From positions 1,184,001-1,248,000 of the forward strand of contig OZ251539.1 of NCBI GenBank assembly GCA_965243135.1: a DNA stretch of 64,000 nucleotides. Direction: 5' to 3'. Shown here piece after piece: positions 21,489-31,455 of the stretch (its first letter is position 1; each line of letters starts with the position of its first letter). The notes under the pieces are model-generated. The model was not told the DNA's origin. It did not search any database and saw only the letters and a list, made by a program, of their open reading frames with translations. Made by a program: the position numbers and the translations under genes. The stretch is from Alphaproteobacteria bacterium (GTDB lineage: Bacteria; Pseudomonadota; Alphaproteobacteria; MPNO01; UBA830).

Positions 21489-21548
21489 GCGGTCGCCGCG
21501 AGGATTCGGGCGCCGCGGACATTCGCGGACGCGCCCGCCTCGGGGAGC

Positions 21549-22781
21549 TCATCCGAAATCGGGGTGCGCGAACGCGCCTCGTATCGCGTCGCAATCCCGT
21601 TCCGCGACGCCCTCCGAGCGGGCGATCCGGTGCCAGCCGTTCCGCACGGTCGTCTCCATTTCCGTCGCGATCGCCTCCGCCTGACGGCGGTCGAGCAGGA
21701 ACCGCTCGCATTGCGAAAGGATATTGCCGCGATCGGCGCGGCAGCCTTTGTCGCCGCAAATCAGCGCGAACTCTCTCCGCTCGGGCCGGGCGGAAGGCGC
21801 GAGACCGTAGGCCGGAGACAGTTCCCAATCGCGGTTCATGGCCAAGATCGCGTTCTTTCGCGGATGATCGCCGAAGTTGGAGATGAGCGCGTTGAAGCAC
21901 ATCCGCCGGAACAGCTCTTCCGCTTGCCTTTTCGGATTCCCGCAGACGCGGCGGATCTCCTCCGCAAGAAGCATGTAGGACCAATGTTCGCGCGGGGCGC
22001 CCGCTCGAAGCAGGGTCGATCCGCTCGCCATGCGGGCGCGGAGATAACCGCTCTCCGACGGTTCCCGATCGAAACGCTTGACAAGGAGCGCGTCGCGCCC
22101 GGCAACCGAAACCGCCTTGCTCTCCGCCGTCGTCAGGCCGCATTCGCGGCCGAGCAGGAGCATCGCCCGTTCGACCCTTGCGCGGTTCCACAGGTCGTCG
22201 GGTCGATTGAACTTGGCGATCCAGAGGCCGTCGTCGTCTTCCACCACGGCCTTCGGCCGCGCGCCGCCCATCGACGTTCCGAGAAGCGGCGACTCTTCGG
22301 CCTGCGCGGCCGCCTCGTCGAACGGAAGATTTTCTTCGTTGACGACGGCGTCGGCCAACGCCTGAAGTTTCTCCAGGTCCTGCGTCCGGGCGAAGGGTCG
22401 GCGGGGCGCGGGCGGCTTCGGCTCGAGACCGAAACCGAGGGCGCCCGCCCGGTCGTCCGGCGAGTTCAGAAGATAGTCGATTTCGTTCGGTCGCCCTCCT
22501 TGGCGTTCGATCAGTCGCCGGCCCCAGCGGCCCGGTCCGGCGTCGCGCAGCGCCCCGAAGACGCCCATGGTCGCAAAGGTGCCGGGCGCCAGCTTGAGTT
22601 CCGACGGATCGAGCTCGACGGCGTCGCGCCGTTCGCGGTAGCTCCTCCCGTAAACGAACCGGCCGGCGTAAGTTCCGCGCTGGCCCTCCGTCAGATCAAA
22701 CCGCCCGGCCGTAACGGCCGTCGTCCGGCCGGGCAGGGTGACGTAAACGTAGCAGGCGGTCGGCCCGGCCTCAGAAGTCAT
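21549..22781 (-). CDS. hipA: HipA-family kinase toxin, catalytic motifs degenerate
   Basis: GTSMGGARPK, WIAKF, LVKRFDR, ELFRRMCFN.LISN; GDHPRK and PAYG replace the usual DDHPRN and PAYD. Confidence 0.88.
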   Translation of the reverse strand: MTSEAGPTACYVYVTLPGRTTAVTAGRFDLTEGQRGTYAGRFVYGRSYRERRDAVELDPSELKLAPGTFATMGVFGALRDAGPGRWGRRLIERQGGRPNEIDYLLNSPDDRAGALGFGLEPKPPAPRRPFARTQDLEKLQALADAVVNEENLPFDEAAAQAEESPLLGTSMGGARPKAVVEDDDGLWIAKFNRPDDLWNRARVERAMLLLGRECGLTTAESKAVSVAGRDALLVKRFDREPSESGYLRARMASGSTLLRAGAPREHWSYMLLAEEIRRVCGNPKRQAEELFRRMCFNALISNFGDHPRKNAILAMNRDWELSPAYGLAPSARPERREFALICGDKGCRADRGNILSQCERFLLDRRQAEAIATEMETTVRNGWHRIARSEGVAERDCDAIRGAFAHPDFG

Positions 22782-23112
22782 CGTCCAACTCTTTCGGCGT
22801 GCCGACCCGCGCGGTCTCCCGCGAATGCGCGAGCGCTCTCGCTTTCTCGTTCTGCAACGGGTCGGCAATGTCGGGGAACTGGTCCACGAGGTCCAGCGCC
22901 CAGAGCAACGCGACGTAGATCGCGATGCTGCCGGAAGGCTTGCCTTTTTCGGCGTCCGAAACCGCGCGCCTTCCCACGCCTATTTTTTCGGCGATCTCGA
23001 TGAGGGTGAGGTTGCGTCGGAGCCGGGCCATTCGAAGGCTGGTGCCGAGCTTCTTTATGGCGCGTTCAACGGGGTAGGGCGGCGCGGCGGACAGGCAATT
23101 GAGGGATCTCAT
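22771..23112 (-). CDS. XRE-family HTH antitoxin (HipB-like)
   Basis: LRMARLRRNLT..EIAEKIGVGRRAVSDAEKG; ends LDDDF overlapping hipA start. Confidence 0.85.
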   Translation of the reverse strand: MRSLNCLSAAPPYPVERAIKKLGTSLRMARLRRNLTLIEIAEKIGVGRRAVSDAEKGKPSGSIAIYVALLWALDLVDQFPDIADPLQNEKARALAHSRETARVGTPKELDDDF

Positions 23113-23242
23113 GGCGCGTTCCTTCGGGACGGACATTGGCATCTTCGGACAGCATCCGCAATTTCTCGGGACGCTTCAAGCGCGGCGCAGGAGCCGAAGC
23201 GGCGGCCCCGGCGCGCAAGCCCCCGAGACCGCAGGTCTTCCC

Positions 23243-23274
23243 AAAGAAAAACGCCCCGCAATAGCGGGGCGTTT
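23243..23274 (-). terminator. Rho-independent terminator of puuD
   Basis: Minus strand AAACGCCCCGC-TATT-GCGGGGCGTTTTTCTTT, about 40 bp after the stop. Confidence 0.85.
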
Positions 23275-23313
23275 CGCCAACGCAACCGTCTCGCCGTCGG
23301 GCGAGGAGCCGGA

Positions 23314-23919
23314 TCAGAACAAGTTCTGCGCCGACACCATCGCGTAGAGCATCGGAATGGACAGCATCGTGTTGGTCCGGGAGAAAAGCATTGCGGTGCG
23401 CCCCGCCTTCGCTTTTTCGTCCGCGTCCACCTGAACGATGCCGAGCGCTTTCTTCTGGTTCGGCCAGATGACGAACCAGACGTTGAACCACATGATCGCG
23501 CCCAGCCACATGCCGATGCCGATCGCCGTGTGTTTCGCAACGCCGTCCGCAAGGCCGATGGCGATGGCTTCGCCGAGATAGCCGTTCAGCCAGGCGAGGA
23601 TGAGGCCCGTGACGATCGTGGCCATGGCTCCCCAGCGGAACCAGAATAGAGCCGCGGGAGCGATCACGCCGGTGACCGCCGGTTTCTGCTCGTCCGGGAT
23701 TTTCCCCATGTTGGGGATCTGGACGAAATTGAAGTACCAGAGCAGGCCGATCCACATCACGCCGCTCAGTACGTGCAGCCAACGGAACAGGAAGGACCAC
23801 CAGCCCCGATCGAGCGCGAGCCCGGCATCGTGCCAGCCTACGAGAACGATGACGAGGACGATGGCGAGCACCACGCCCGCAATGATCGTGTTGGTCAGGT
23901 CGGAGAGAATTTTTGCCAT
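23314..23919 (-). CDS. puuD: Urate hydroxylase PuuD-family membrane protein
   Basis: RWLHVLSGVMWIGLLWYFNF, ALFWFRW.A, NVWFVIWPNQKK, SRTNTMLSIPM. Confidence 0.85.
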   Translation of the reverse strand: MAKILSDLTNTIIAGVVLAIVLVIVLVGWHDAGLALDRGWWSFLFRWLHVLSGVMWIGLLWYFNFVQIPNMGKIPDEQKPAVTGVIAPAALFWFRWGAMATIVTGLILAWLNGYLGEAIAIGLADGVAKHTAIGIGMWLGAIMWFNVWFVIWPNQKKALGIVQVDADEKAKAGRTAMLFSRTNTMLSIPMLYAMVSAQNLF

Positions 23920-24036
23920 CGACAGACCCCTCTTCTCATAATTCAGGTGGCGGAATGTTAACTGCAATCAATGCTTCGTTCAACGCCGAGAAAAATCCCG
24001 AAAAATCAGACACTTGGGAGTTAGGATCGCAGAAAA

Positions 24037-24050
24037 TTGATACAAATCAA
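24037..24050. promoter_or_regulatory. FNR/FixK/FnrL-type binding site
   Basis: Perfect TTGAT-ACAA-ATCAA in the AT-rich region 118 bp upstream of the puuD ATG. Confidence 0.75.
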
Positions 24051-24225
24051 CGAGTTAATTCGATGCGGCCGCTTCGGCGCCGTTCATTTGGGCAAAGGCG
24101 ATTCGCAAGACTCGGTCGCGTCCGGCGCCGGTCCGCGCGCTCCGCCGCCGATTCCGGCCGCGCAGCGTTCGCGCGGCGCCCGGTCGCCGCCGCATGGCCA
24201 TGAGGCAAATATCCGGCGGCCGCCG

Positions 24226-24897
24226 TCACCCGCCGCGCCTTCTCGCGGCCCGCAGCCGTTCAAGCCTTTCGCCGAGGAACGCTTCGGTCGCGACCGCAAA
24301 GCGGTCGAAAGGGCCGAGCGCGGCCGACGCCGGACCGGATTTCCGGATTTTCGCCATTTGGCGACGGGTGGTTCTCCGCTGCCGGTCGATGAATTTCCTC
24401 AACCCTGGATGCGCATCGCCGGTCGCGGCATCCATCTCCGAAGCTTCCGAGACGCGGCCGAGCACGTCGTCGTATACGGGCTGCGCCGCCGGTTCGCCGG
24501 CGTCGCCGCGATCGACAGCGTGCCGATCCAGCAGGTCCTGGGGCATCAGGTGCGGAAGGGAAGGCATGCGGAGAACGGACGCGACGAGGAAGGCCGCGGC
24601 GAACCGCGCTTCCGCCGCGGGTCTGAGCGTCGGCGCTTCGCATGCCTCGGCCGCGATCGTTCCGAGGGTCACTCCGCCGAACTGGGACAAGGTCATCAGT
24701 TCGCTCAGACGCTGCACGTTGGCCCCGGATTCGATTTTCTCGGCCGCCTGGCGCACGCGAGCCACCATGCTTCCGTAAGGTTCGGGGGGCGCGACCTCGG
24801 AATCCCGGATCGCCGCCGCGACGGCCGCCAACGCCGCGTCCGCCCTGTCGTCGGACAGCGCTCCCGGCGCGGGAAGAAGATCTGCGATGAACGTCAT
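24226..24897 (-). CDS. Hypothetical protein (possible degenerate isoprenoid-synthase fold)
   Basis: 223-aa ORF with plausible codon usage; LMPQDLLDRHAV resembles the SQS/PSY YLPxDLLxRHGV motif. Confidence 0.55.
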   Translation of the reverse strand: MTFIADLLPAPGALSDDRADAALAAVAAAIRDSEVAPPEPYGSMVARVRQAAEKIESGANVQRLSELMTLSQFGGVTLGTIAAEACEAPTLRPAAEARFAAAFLVASVLRMPSLPHLMPQDLLDRHAVDRGDAGEPAAQPVYDDVLGRVSEASEMDAATGDAHPGLRKFIDRQRRTTRRQMAKIRKSGPASAALGPFDRFAVATEAFLGERLERLRAARRRGG

Positions 24898-24956
24898 CCC
24901 GAAATGTCTATCGCAAGACTATGCGGCATGGAATGCCGCGCGTAGACTGCGGCCGC

Positions 24957-25793
24957 ATGGCTTCGGAGCGAAGATACTGCGCGGACAGGGCGCGCGCGTA
25001 CGATTACGACAGGTATTTCGCTTCCGTTCTGGCGCCGCCTGAAGTCCGAGCCGGGTTGAACGCCCTCTACGCCTTCAATCTTGAAATCGCATCGACTCGG
25101 GAACGGGTCAGCGAGGCGGCGATCGGCGAGATGCGCCTTCAGTGGTGGCGGGACGCCATCGGGGAGATCTACGCCGCCCGCCCGCCCGCGCATGCGGTCG
25201 CCACCGAACTTGCGCGCGCGATAGAGCTTCGCGAGTTGCCGCGCGACGCCTTCGAGCGGATGATCGACGCGCGTTCGCTCGACCTCGGCGACGCGCCGCC
25301 GGAAGACCTGTCGGCGGTCGAGGGTTACGCCGCCGCCACGGCCGGCGAGTTGGCGGCGCTGGCTTTCCGCGTCTGCGATAGCGCGCCGCCGCCTTCCGCC
25401 GTCGCGCAAGCGGGAACCGCGTGGGGGCTGGCGGGTCTGCTGCGCGCAACTCCCCATCATGCCGCCGAAGCGCGGGTCATGATTCCCCGCGACGCGCTGA
25501 ACGAGACCGGAGTCCCGCCCGAGGACCTCGCTTCCGTCGGCTCGCTCAGGTCGGCAGGACCGGCGGCCGCCCCGATGGCGCGACGGGCGCGCGAACTGTT
25601 GCAGGCGAGCCGCGGCGAACTGCGGAGGATCGGCCGCGCGGCCCGGCCGGCTTTCTGCTATCTCGGGGCGGCCGCTTTGTATCTCGAAAGGCTTCGCAAG
25701 TCGGGCGACGATCCGTTCGCCGCCGGTCTCGAACCGTCGCGTCTGGTTCGGCAATTGGCCGTGGTTCGCGCCGGATTTACCGGCAGGGTCTGA
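24957..25793 (+). CDS. Squalene/phytoene synthase-family protein (NDUFAF6-like)
   Basis: DYDRYFA, ALYAFNLEI, SE..IGEMRLQWWRD; lacks DDxxD; usual neighbour of trmFO. Confidence 0.85.
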   Translation: MASERRYCADRARAYDYDRYFASVLAPPEVRAGLNALYAFNLEIASTRERVSEAAIGEMRLQWWRDAIGEIYAARPPAHAVATELARAIELRELPRDAFERMIDARSLDLGDAPPEDLSAVEGYAAATAGELAALAFRVCDSAPPPSAVAQAGTAWGLAGLLRATPHHAAEARVMIPRDALNETGVPPEDLASVGSLRSAGPAAAPMARRARELLQASRGELRRIGRAARPAFCYLGAAALYLERLRKSGDDPFAAGLEPSRLVRQLAVVRAGFTGRV

Positions 25794-25800
25794 CGCGCCG

Positions 25801-27147
25801 TCAGGCGGCGGCATTTTCCGCCGCCATTCGCCAGCGATCGAGATCGGCGAGCGCGCGCTCGGAATAGGCTTTTTTTCTCTCGCGGCCCCGGCGGCGCTTT
25901 TCCAGCGGCGGAAACAGTCCGAAATTGACGTTCATGGGCTGGAAAGTCCCGCTTTCCGCGCTTCGGGTGATGTGCTCGAGCAGGGCGCCGAGGGCGGTGG
26001 TGCGCGGCGGCGGAGGCAGGCGTTCGCGCGCCGCGAAGCGGCCCGCAAGAAGGCCTGTCGCCGCGCTTTCGACGTAGCCCTCCACGCCGGTGATCTGGCC
26101 CGCGAAGCGAAGCCTGGGCATCGCCTTGAGACGCAACTTGCCGTCCAGCAGGCTGGGCGAGTTCAGGAAAGTGTTGCGGTGGATGCCGCCCAGCCGTGCG
26201 AAGGACGCGAGTTCCAACCCCGGAATGGCGGAGAAGATGCGCTTCTGCTCTCCATGCCTGAGCTTGGTCTGAAAGCCGACCATATTGTAGAGGGTGCCCG
26301 GCTTGTTGTCCCGGCGCAGTTGCGCGACGGCGTACGCCCTCTGGCCTGTATGCGGGTTCGTGAGGCCGACGGGCTTCATCGGGCCGTAGCGCAACGCGTC
26401 TTCGCCGCGCTCCGCCAGCACCTCGATCGGCAGGCATCCCTCGAAATAAGGCGTGTCCTTCTCCCATTCCCGGAATACGGTTTTTTCGGCTCCCTTCAGG
26501 GCCGCGACGAAGGCGAGATACCGCTCCTTGTCCAGAGGACAGTTGATGTAGTCGGCGCCCGTGCCGCCGGGTCCGGCCTTGTCGTAGCGCGACTGGAACC
26601 ACGCCTTGCCGAGATCTATCGAATCCCGGTGCACGATCGGCGCGATGGCGTCGAAGAAGGCGAGGGCGTTCTCGCCCGTGAGTTCGCGGATCGCCTCGGC
26701 GAGGGCCGGCGAAGTCAGCGGGCCTGTGGCGACGATCACGCTCGTCCAATCCTCGGGCGGCAGCCCGGCCACCTCGCCGCGGTCGACGTCGACCAGCGGT
26801 TCGCGCTCGAGCGTCCGGGTCACCTCCTGCGAAAAAGCGTCGCGGTCGACCGCGAGCGCGCCGCCGGCCGGGACCTGGTGCGCATCGGCGGCGCGCAGTA
26901 TCAGCGACCCGCATCTCCGCAATTCCTCGTGCAGCAGTCCGACCGCGTTATGCTCCGCATCGTCGGAGCGGAAGGAATTGGAGCAAACCAGTTCCGCCAG
27001 CCCGTCCGTGCGATGCACTTCGGTGGCGCGCAGGGGGCGCATTTCGTGGAGAACCGAGGGAACGCCCGCGCGGGCGAGTTGCCACGCCGCCTCCGCTCCG
27101 GCAAGCCCGCCGCCGACCACGTGAACGGGAGTCGCGCACCGTTTCAT
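25801..27147 (-). CDS. trmFO: tRNA (uracil-54)-methyltransferase TrmFO
   Basis: [55 protein letters not shown]. Confidence 0.97.
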   Translation of the reverse strand: MKRCATPVHVVGGGLAGAEAAWQLARAGVPSVLHEMRPLRATEVHRTDGLAELVCSNSFRSDDAEHNAVGLLHEELRRCGSLILRAADAHQVPAGGALAVDRDAFSQEVTRTLEREPLVDVDRGEVAGLPPEDWTSVIVATGPLTSPALAEAIRELTGENALAFFDAIAPIVHRDSIDLGKAWFQSRYDKAGPGGTGADYINCPLDKERYLAFVAALKGAEKTVFREWEKDTPYFEGCLPIEVLAERGEDALRYGPMKPVGLTNPHTGQRAYAVAQLRRDNKPGTLYNMVGFQTKLRHGEQKRIFSAIPGLELASFARLGGIHRNTFLNSPSLLDGKLRLKAMPRLRFAGQITGVEGYVESAATGLLAGRFAARERLPPPPRTTALGALLEHITRSAESGTFQPMNVNFGLFPPLEKRRRGRERKKAYSERALADLDRWRMAAENAAA

Positions 27148-28111
27148 CCGTTGGACCTCCGCGAAAGTTTTCATCTTAGCTTCGCGACCGCTTCATGAGG
27201 AGCGTTCCGTCCCCGGCGCGCCGGGCGGTTCGGTCCCCGCGGCATGCCTTGGAACTTCCTCGCGGCGTCGACGGCTTCCGGCACCGGTACGGCGAGGCCG
27301 GAGCGCCTGCGCAAATGGCGTCGGCGCGTTCAGTTCCGCGACGGGAAAGGAGAGTCGAAGGCGCAGGCGGCGATTCCCGCCGCGCCCGGACGGGACTCGC
27401 GTTCGGCAACGCCACGCGCGAGCGTCGAGGTTTGCCGCGGCGGGCGTCCTCTCGGCGCGGCCGAACGCGTCGGGCGGCTTCTCCCGTTCCCGACCAGCGC
27501 GTGTCGCTTCGCGAGCGTCCGGTTCACGTTCAACGCTGCCAGCGGCGGTCCCCTCATGCGTTGCCCGGACTCGGTCGATGGCGGCCTCGCGGTCAAGGCC
27601 GGCTATCCGGAAGATTGCGTCAGCGGCGATACGCCGCGTTCGGTCGATAACCTTCCAGCGACGATTTTCGCAAACTCTCTTGCAGAACGCGAATTTCGTC
27701 CGGCTACCGTCAAAACGCGCGAATCGTCGGCGGGACGGCGTTTCGCTTTTCCGGGCCGCCGGCCGCCAGCGCCGGTCCGCGACTCGGAGAATTTTTCGCG
27801 GCGCGCCCTCTTCGGAAGTTCGGAATCAGGAGGCGGAAGGCCGCCGGGTTCCGCCTTCGAGCCGCAACGCTTGCGTCGCGCCGGGTTTGCGGCGCGGGAG
27901 CTACGCGCGGGGCGCTTGAAGGCGCCAGCTCCGCCACCCTGCGGAGCTGCCAGCGACCCCGCCATCGCAGAACCGCGGCTGATGAAGCGACTGAACTCCA
28001 GGCGGCGGTTCCGCTGAACGAGAGCGTTCCGCTTCATCCGCTCGTCCGGCCGAGCGAGGCGGACTCCGCCTCCTCCTTGACGGCTCCGGCGTGGCGGCCT
28101 ACCCTTTTGGG

Positions 28112-29654
28112 ATGACGAAACGCATGCTTCCGACCGGCATGACCTCCCTCCGGGAAATCCGGAAAATGGACTGCTACTACGTCGACAAGACGGAGCACGC
28201 GCGCCGCCTCGTCGAGAGGGGCAAGTACAATTTCCTGTCGCGTCCGCGCCGGTTCGGCAAGAGCCTGCTGGTGGACACGCTGCAGGAGTTGTTCGAGGGA
28301 AGCGAGGAGTTGTTCCGGGGCCTCGCCGTGCACGACGGGTGGGACTGGTCGGCGCGTCATCCGGTCGTGCGGCTGGATTTCAGCGGCGTGGGCCGTTTCG
28401 ACGGCCCGGACGGTGTCCGGGGAACCGTGGAAAGGCAACTGGCGGCGACGGAGAGGCGCGCCGGCCTCGAACCGGGCCCCGCCGGGGCGGCGGTCCGTTT
28501 CCACGAATTGATCGAGGCCCTGCACGAGCGCACCGGGCAGCAGACGGTCGTTCTGGTGGACGAACAAGCCGATCCTGGACGCGCTCGGCGACCGGGAACT
28601 GGCGCTGGCCAACCGCGATTTTCTGCGCAGCCTGTACGGGGTGATCAAGGCCTGCGACAGGCAGCTCCGTTTCGTTTTCCTGACGGGAGTGAGCAGGTTC
28701 TCGCGGGCGGGCGTGTTCTCGGGCCTGAACAACCTGCGCGACGTCACCCTCGACCCGCGTTTCGGCACTATCTGCGGCTATACCGACGACGAGCTGGACG
28801 CGGTCTTCGCCCCGGAACTGGAGGGTCTGGACCGGGACAAGGTACGGAGCTGGTACAACGGCTACAACTGGCGCGGGCCGGAGAGGGTCTACAACCCGTT
28901 CGACATTCTCCTTCTCTTCGAAACGCGCGAGTTCGAGGAGCACTGGTTCCAGACCGGCACTCCGACCTTCCTCGCCGACCTTCTGTCGCGGCGCCGGGTC
29001 GCGGCGCCGGACCTGGAGGGCGCGATCGCGAACGCCACGCTGCTGTCGGCCCTCGACGTCGACCGCGTTCCCGTCGAGACGTTTTTGTTCCAGGCCGGTT
29101 ATCTCACCATCGCCGACGAGAAGCGGGACGGGGACGCGCTCCTCTACCGGCTGGACTACCCGAACCAGGAGGTGAAGCGCAGCCTGAACGAGCTCCTGCT
29201 GCAGACGATGGCGCCGGACGTCGCGGTCGCGGCGGAGAGCCAGGAGTTGCGCCGCCTGATGCGCGTGAACGACTTCGCGGGCCTCGAGCGGCAGTTCCGG
29301 GCGTTGCTGGCGAGCATCCCCAACGAGTGGTACGCGAACACGGACCTGGCGGGCTACGAGGCGCACTACGCGAGCGTGTTCTACTCGCACTTCGTGGCGG
29401 CGGGGATGGACGTCCGCGCGGAGGAGAGCACGGCTCGCGGCCGCTCGGACCTGACGGTCCTGTACGGCGGCCGCGTCTATCTGTTCGAGTTCAAGGTCGC
29501 GGACGGGAAGCCGGAAGGGCGGGCGCTGGCGCAGATTCGGGAGCGCGGCTACGCGGACAAGTACCGGCGTCCGGGCGTTCCGGTTCACCTGATCGGGATC
29601 GAGTTCGGCCGGGAGGAGCGCAACATCGTCGGGTTCGAGTTCGAGACCGTCTGA
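28112..29654 (+). pseudogene. AAA-ATPase-like + PD-(D/E)XK nuclease protein, copy 1, frameshifted
   Basis: YYVDKT, RPRRFGKS; 5-nt deletion (GTACG) at 28563/28564 in the DEYDKP Walker B relative to copies 2 and 3; C-terminal GRSD..FEFK..ALAQI...Y. Confidence 0.9.
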
Positions 29655-29907
29655 AGCCGGGCACCGGACGGGTTGGACGTCCCGTCTGGACATTTCGGCA
29701 GGCGGCGGCGCCTCCGCGACAGGCACCGGTAGATCGCGTCGCAGGTCGCCATGCTCCTCGTCGAGGACGGCCGTTGTTTCCGCCGGGTCGCCGCCTTGCG
29801 CGTCGGCAGCTTGACGGGACGCGCTGCCGAGGGAAAGCGCGGCCCGGCGTTCGGCTGGACTCCGTCTCCTCCTTGACGGCTTCGGCATGGCGGCTTACCC
29901 TTTTCGG

Positions 29908-31455
29908 ATGACGAGACGCATGCTTCCGACCGGCATGTCCTCCCTCCGGACGATCCGGGAGCTGGACTGCTACTACGTCGACAAGACCGCCCATGTGCGC
30001 CGCCTCGTCGAGAGGGGCAGGTACTATTTCCTGTCGCGTCCGCGCCGGTTCGGCAAGACCCTTTTGGTGGACACGCTGCAGGAGTTGTTCGAGGGAAGCG
30101 AGGAGTTGTTCCGGGGCCTCGCCGTGCACGACGGGTGGGACTGGTCGGCGCGCCATCCGGTCGTGCGGCTGGATTTCAGCGGCGTGGGCCGCTTCGACGG
30201 CCCGGACGGGGTTCGGGAGACCGTGGAAGCGCAGCTGGAAGAGACGGAGATGCAGGCCGGCCTCGAACCGGGCCCCGCCGGGGCGGCGATCCGTTTCCGG
30301 CGCCTGATAAGGACGCTGCACGAGCGCACCGGGCAGCGGGCGGTCGTTCTGGTGGACGAGTACGACAAGCCGATCCTGGACGCGCTCGGCGACCGGGAAC
30401 TGGCGCTGGCCAACCGCGACTTCCTGCACAGCCTGTACGGGGTGATCAAGGCCTGCGACAGGCAGCTCCGTTTCGTTTTCCTGACGGGAGTGAGCAAGTT
30501 CTCGCAGGCGGGCGTGTTCTCGGGCCTGAACAACCTGCGCGACATCACCCTCGACCCGCGTTTCGGCGCCATGTGCGGTTACACGGACGCGGAGCTGGAC
30601 GCGGTCTTCGCCCCGGAACTCGAAGGCCTGAACCGGGACAAGGTCCGCCGCTGGTACAACGGCTACAACTGGCGCGGGCCGGAGAGGGTCTACAACCCGT
30701 TCGACATTCTCCTTCTCTTCGAAACGCGCGAGTTCGAGGAGCACTGGTTCCAGACAGGCACGCCGACCTTCCTCGCCGACCTTCTGTCGCGTCGCCGGGT
30801 CTCGGCGCCGGACCTGGAGGGCGCGATCGCGAACGCCACCCTGCTGTCGGCCCTCGACGTCGACCGCATTCCCGTCGAGACGCTGCTGTTCCAGACCGGT
30901 TATCTGACCATCGTCGACGAGAAACGGGACGGGGACGCGCTCCTCTACCGGCTGGACTACCCGAACCGGGAGGTGAAGCGCAGCCTGAACGAGCTCCTGC
31001 TGCAGACGATGGTGCCGGACGTCGCGGTCGCCGCGGAGAGCAGGGAGTTGCGCCACCTGATGCGGACGAACGACTTCGCGGGCCTCGAGCGGCAGTTCCG
31101 GGCATTGCTGGCGAGCATCCCGAACGAGTGGTACGCGAACACGGGCCTGGCGGGCTACGAGGCGCACTATGCGAGCGTGTTCTACTCGCACTTCGTTGCG
31201 GCGGGGATGGACGTCCGCGCCGAGGAGAGCACGGCGCGCGGCCGCTCGGACCTGACGGTCCTGTACGACGGCGGCGTCTACCTGTTCGAGTTCAAGGTCG
31301 CGGACGGGAAGCCGGAAGGGCGAGCGCTGGCGCAGATTCGGGAGCGCGGCTATGCGGACAAGTACCGGCGTCCGGGCGTGCCGGTCCACCTGATCGGCAT
31401 CGAGTTCGGCCGGGAGGAGCGCAACATCGTCGGGTTCGAGTTCGAGACCGTCTGA
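29908..31455 (+). CDS. AAA-ATPase-like + PD-(D/E)XK nuclease protein, copy 2, intact
   Basis: RPRRFGKT, VDEYDKP, FSGLNN, YNPF, YPNREV, GRSD...FEFK...ALAQIRERGY. Confidence 0.92.
   Translation: MTRRMLPTGMSSLRTIRELDCYYVDKTAHVRRLVERGRYYFLSRPRRFGKTLLVDTLQELFEGSEELFRGLAVHDGWDWSARHPVVRLDFSGVGRFDGPDGVRETVEAQLEETEMQAGLEPGPAGAAIRFRRLIRTLHERTGQRAVVLVDEYDKPILDALGDRELALANRDFLHSLYGVIKACDRQLRFVFLTGVSKFSQAGVFSGLNNLRDITLDPRFGAMCGYTDAELDAVFAPELEGLNRDKVRRWYNGYNWRGPERVYNPFDILLLFETREFEEHWFQTGTPTFLADLLSRRRVSAPDLEGAIANATLLSALDVDRIPVETLLFQTGYLTIVDEKRDGDALLYRLDYPNREVKRSLNELLLQTMVPDVAVAAESRELRHLMRTNDFAGLERQFRALLASIPNEWYANTGLAGYEAHYASVFYSHFVAAGMDVRAEESTARGRSDLTVLYDGGVYLFEFKVADGKPEGRALAQIRERGYADKYRRPGVPVHLIGIEFGREERNIVGFEFETV

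Noticed and set aside
27176-28020. Several overlapping ORFs in GC-rich intergenic DNA
   Set aside because: Arg/Ala/Pro-rich shadow ORFs with no motifs; only a small hairpin near 27831-27857
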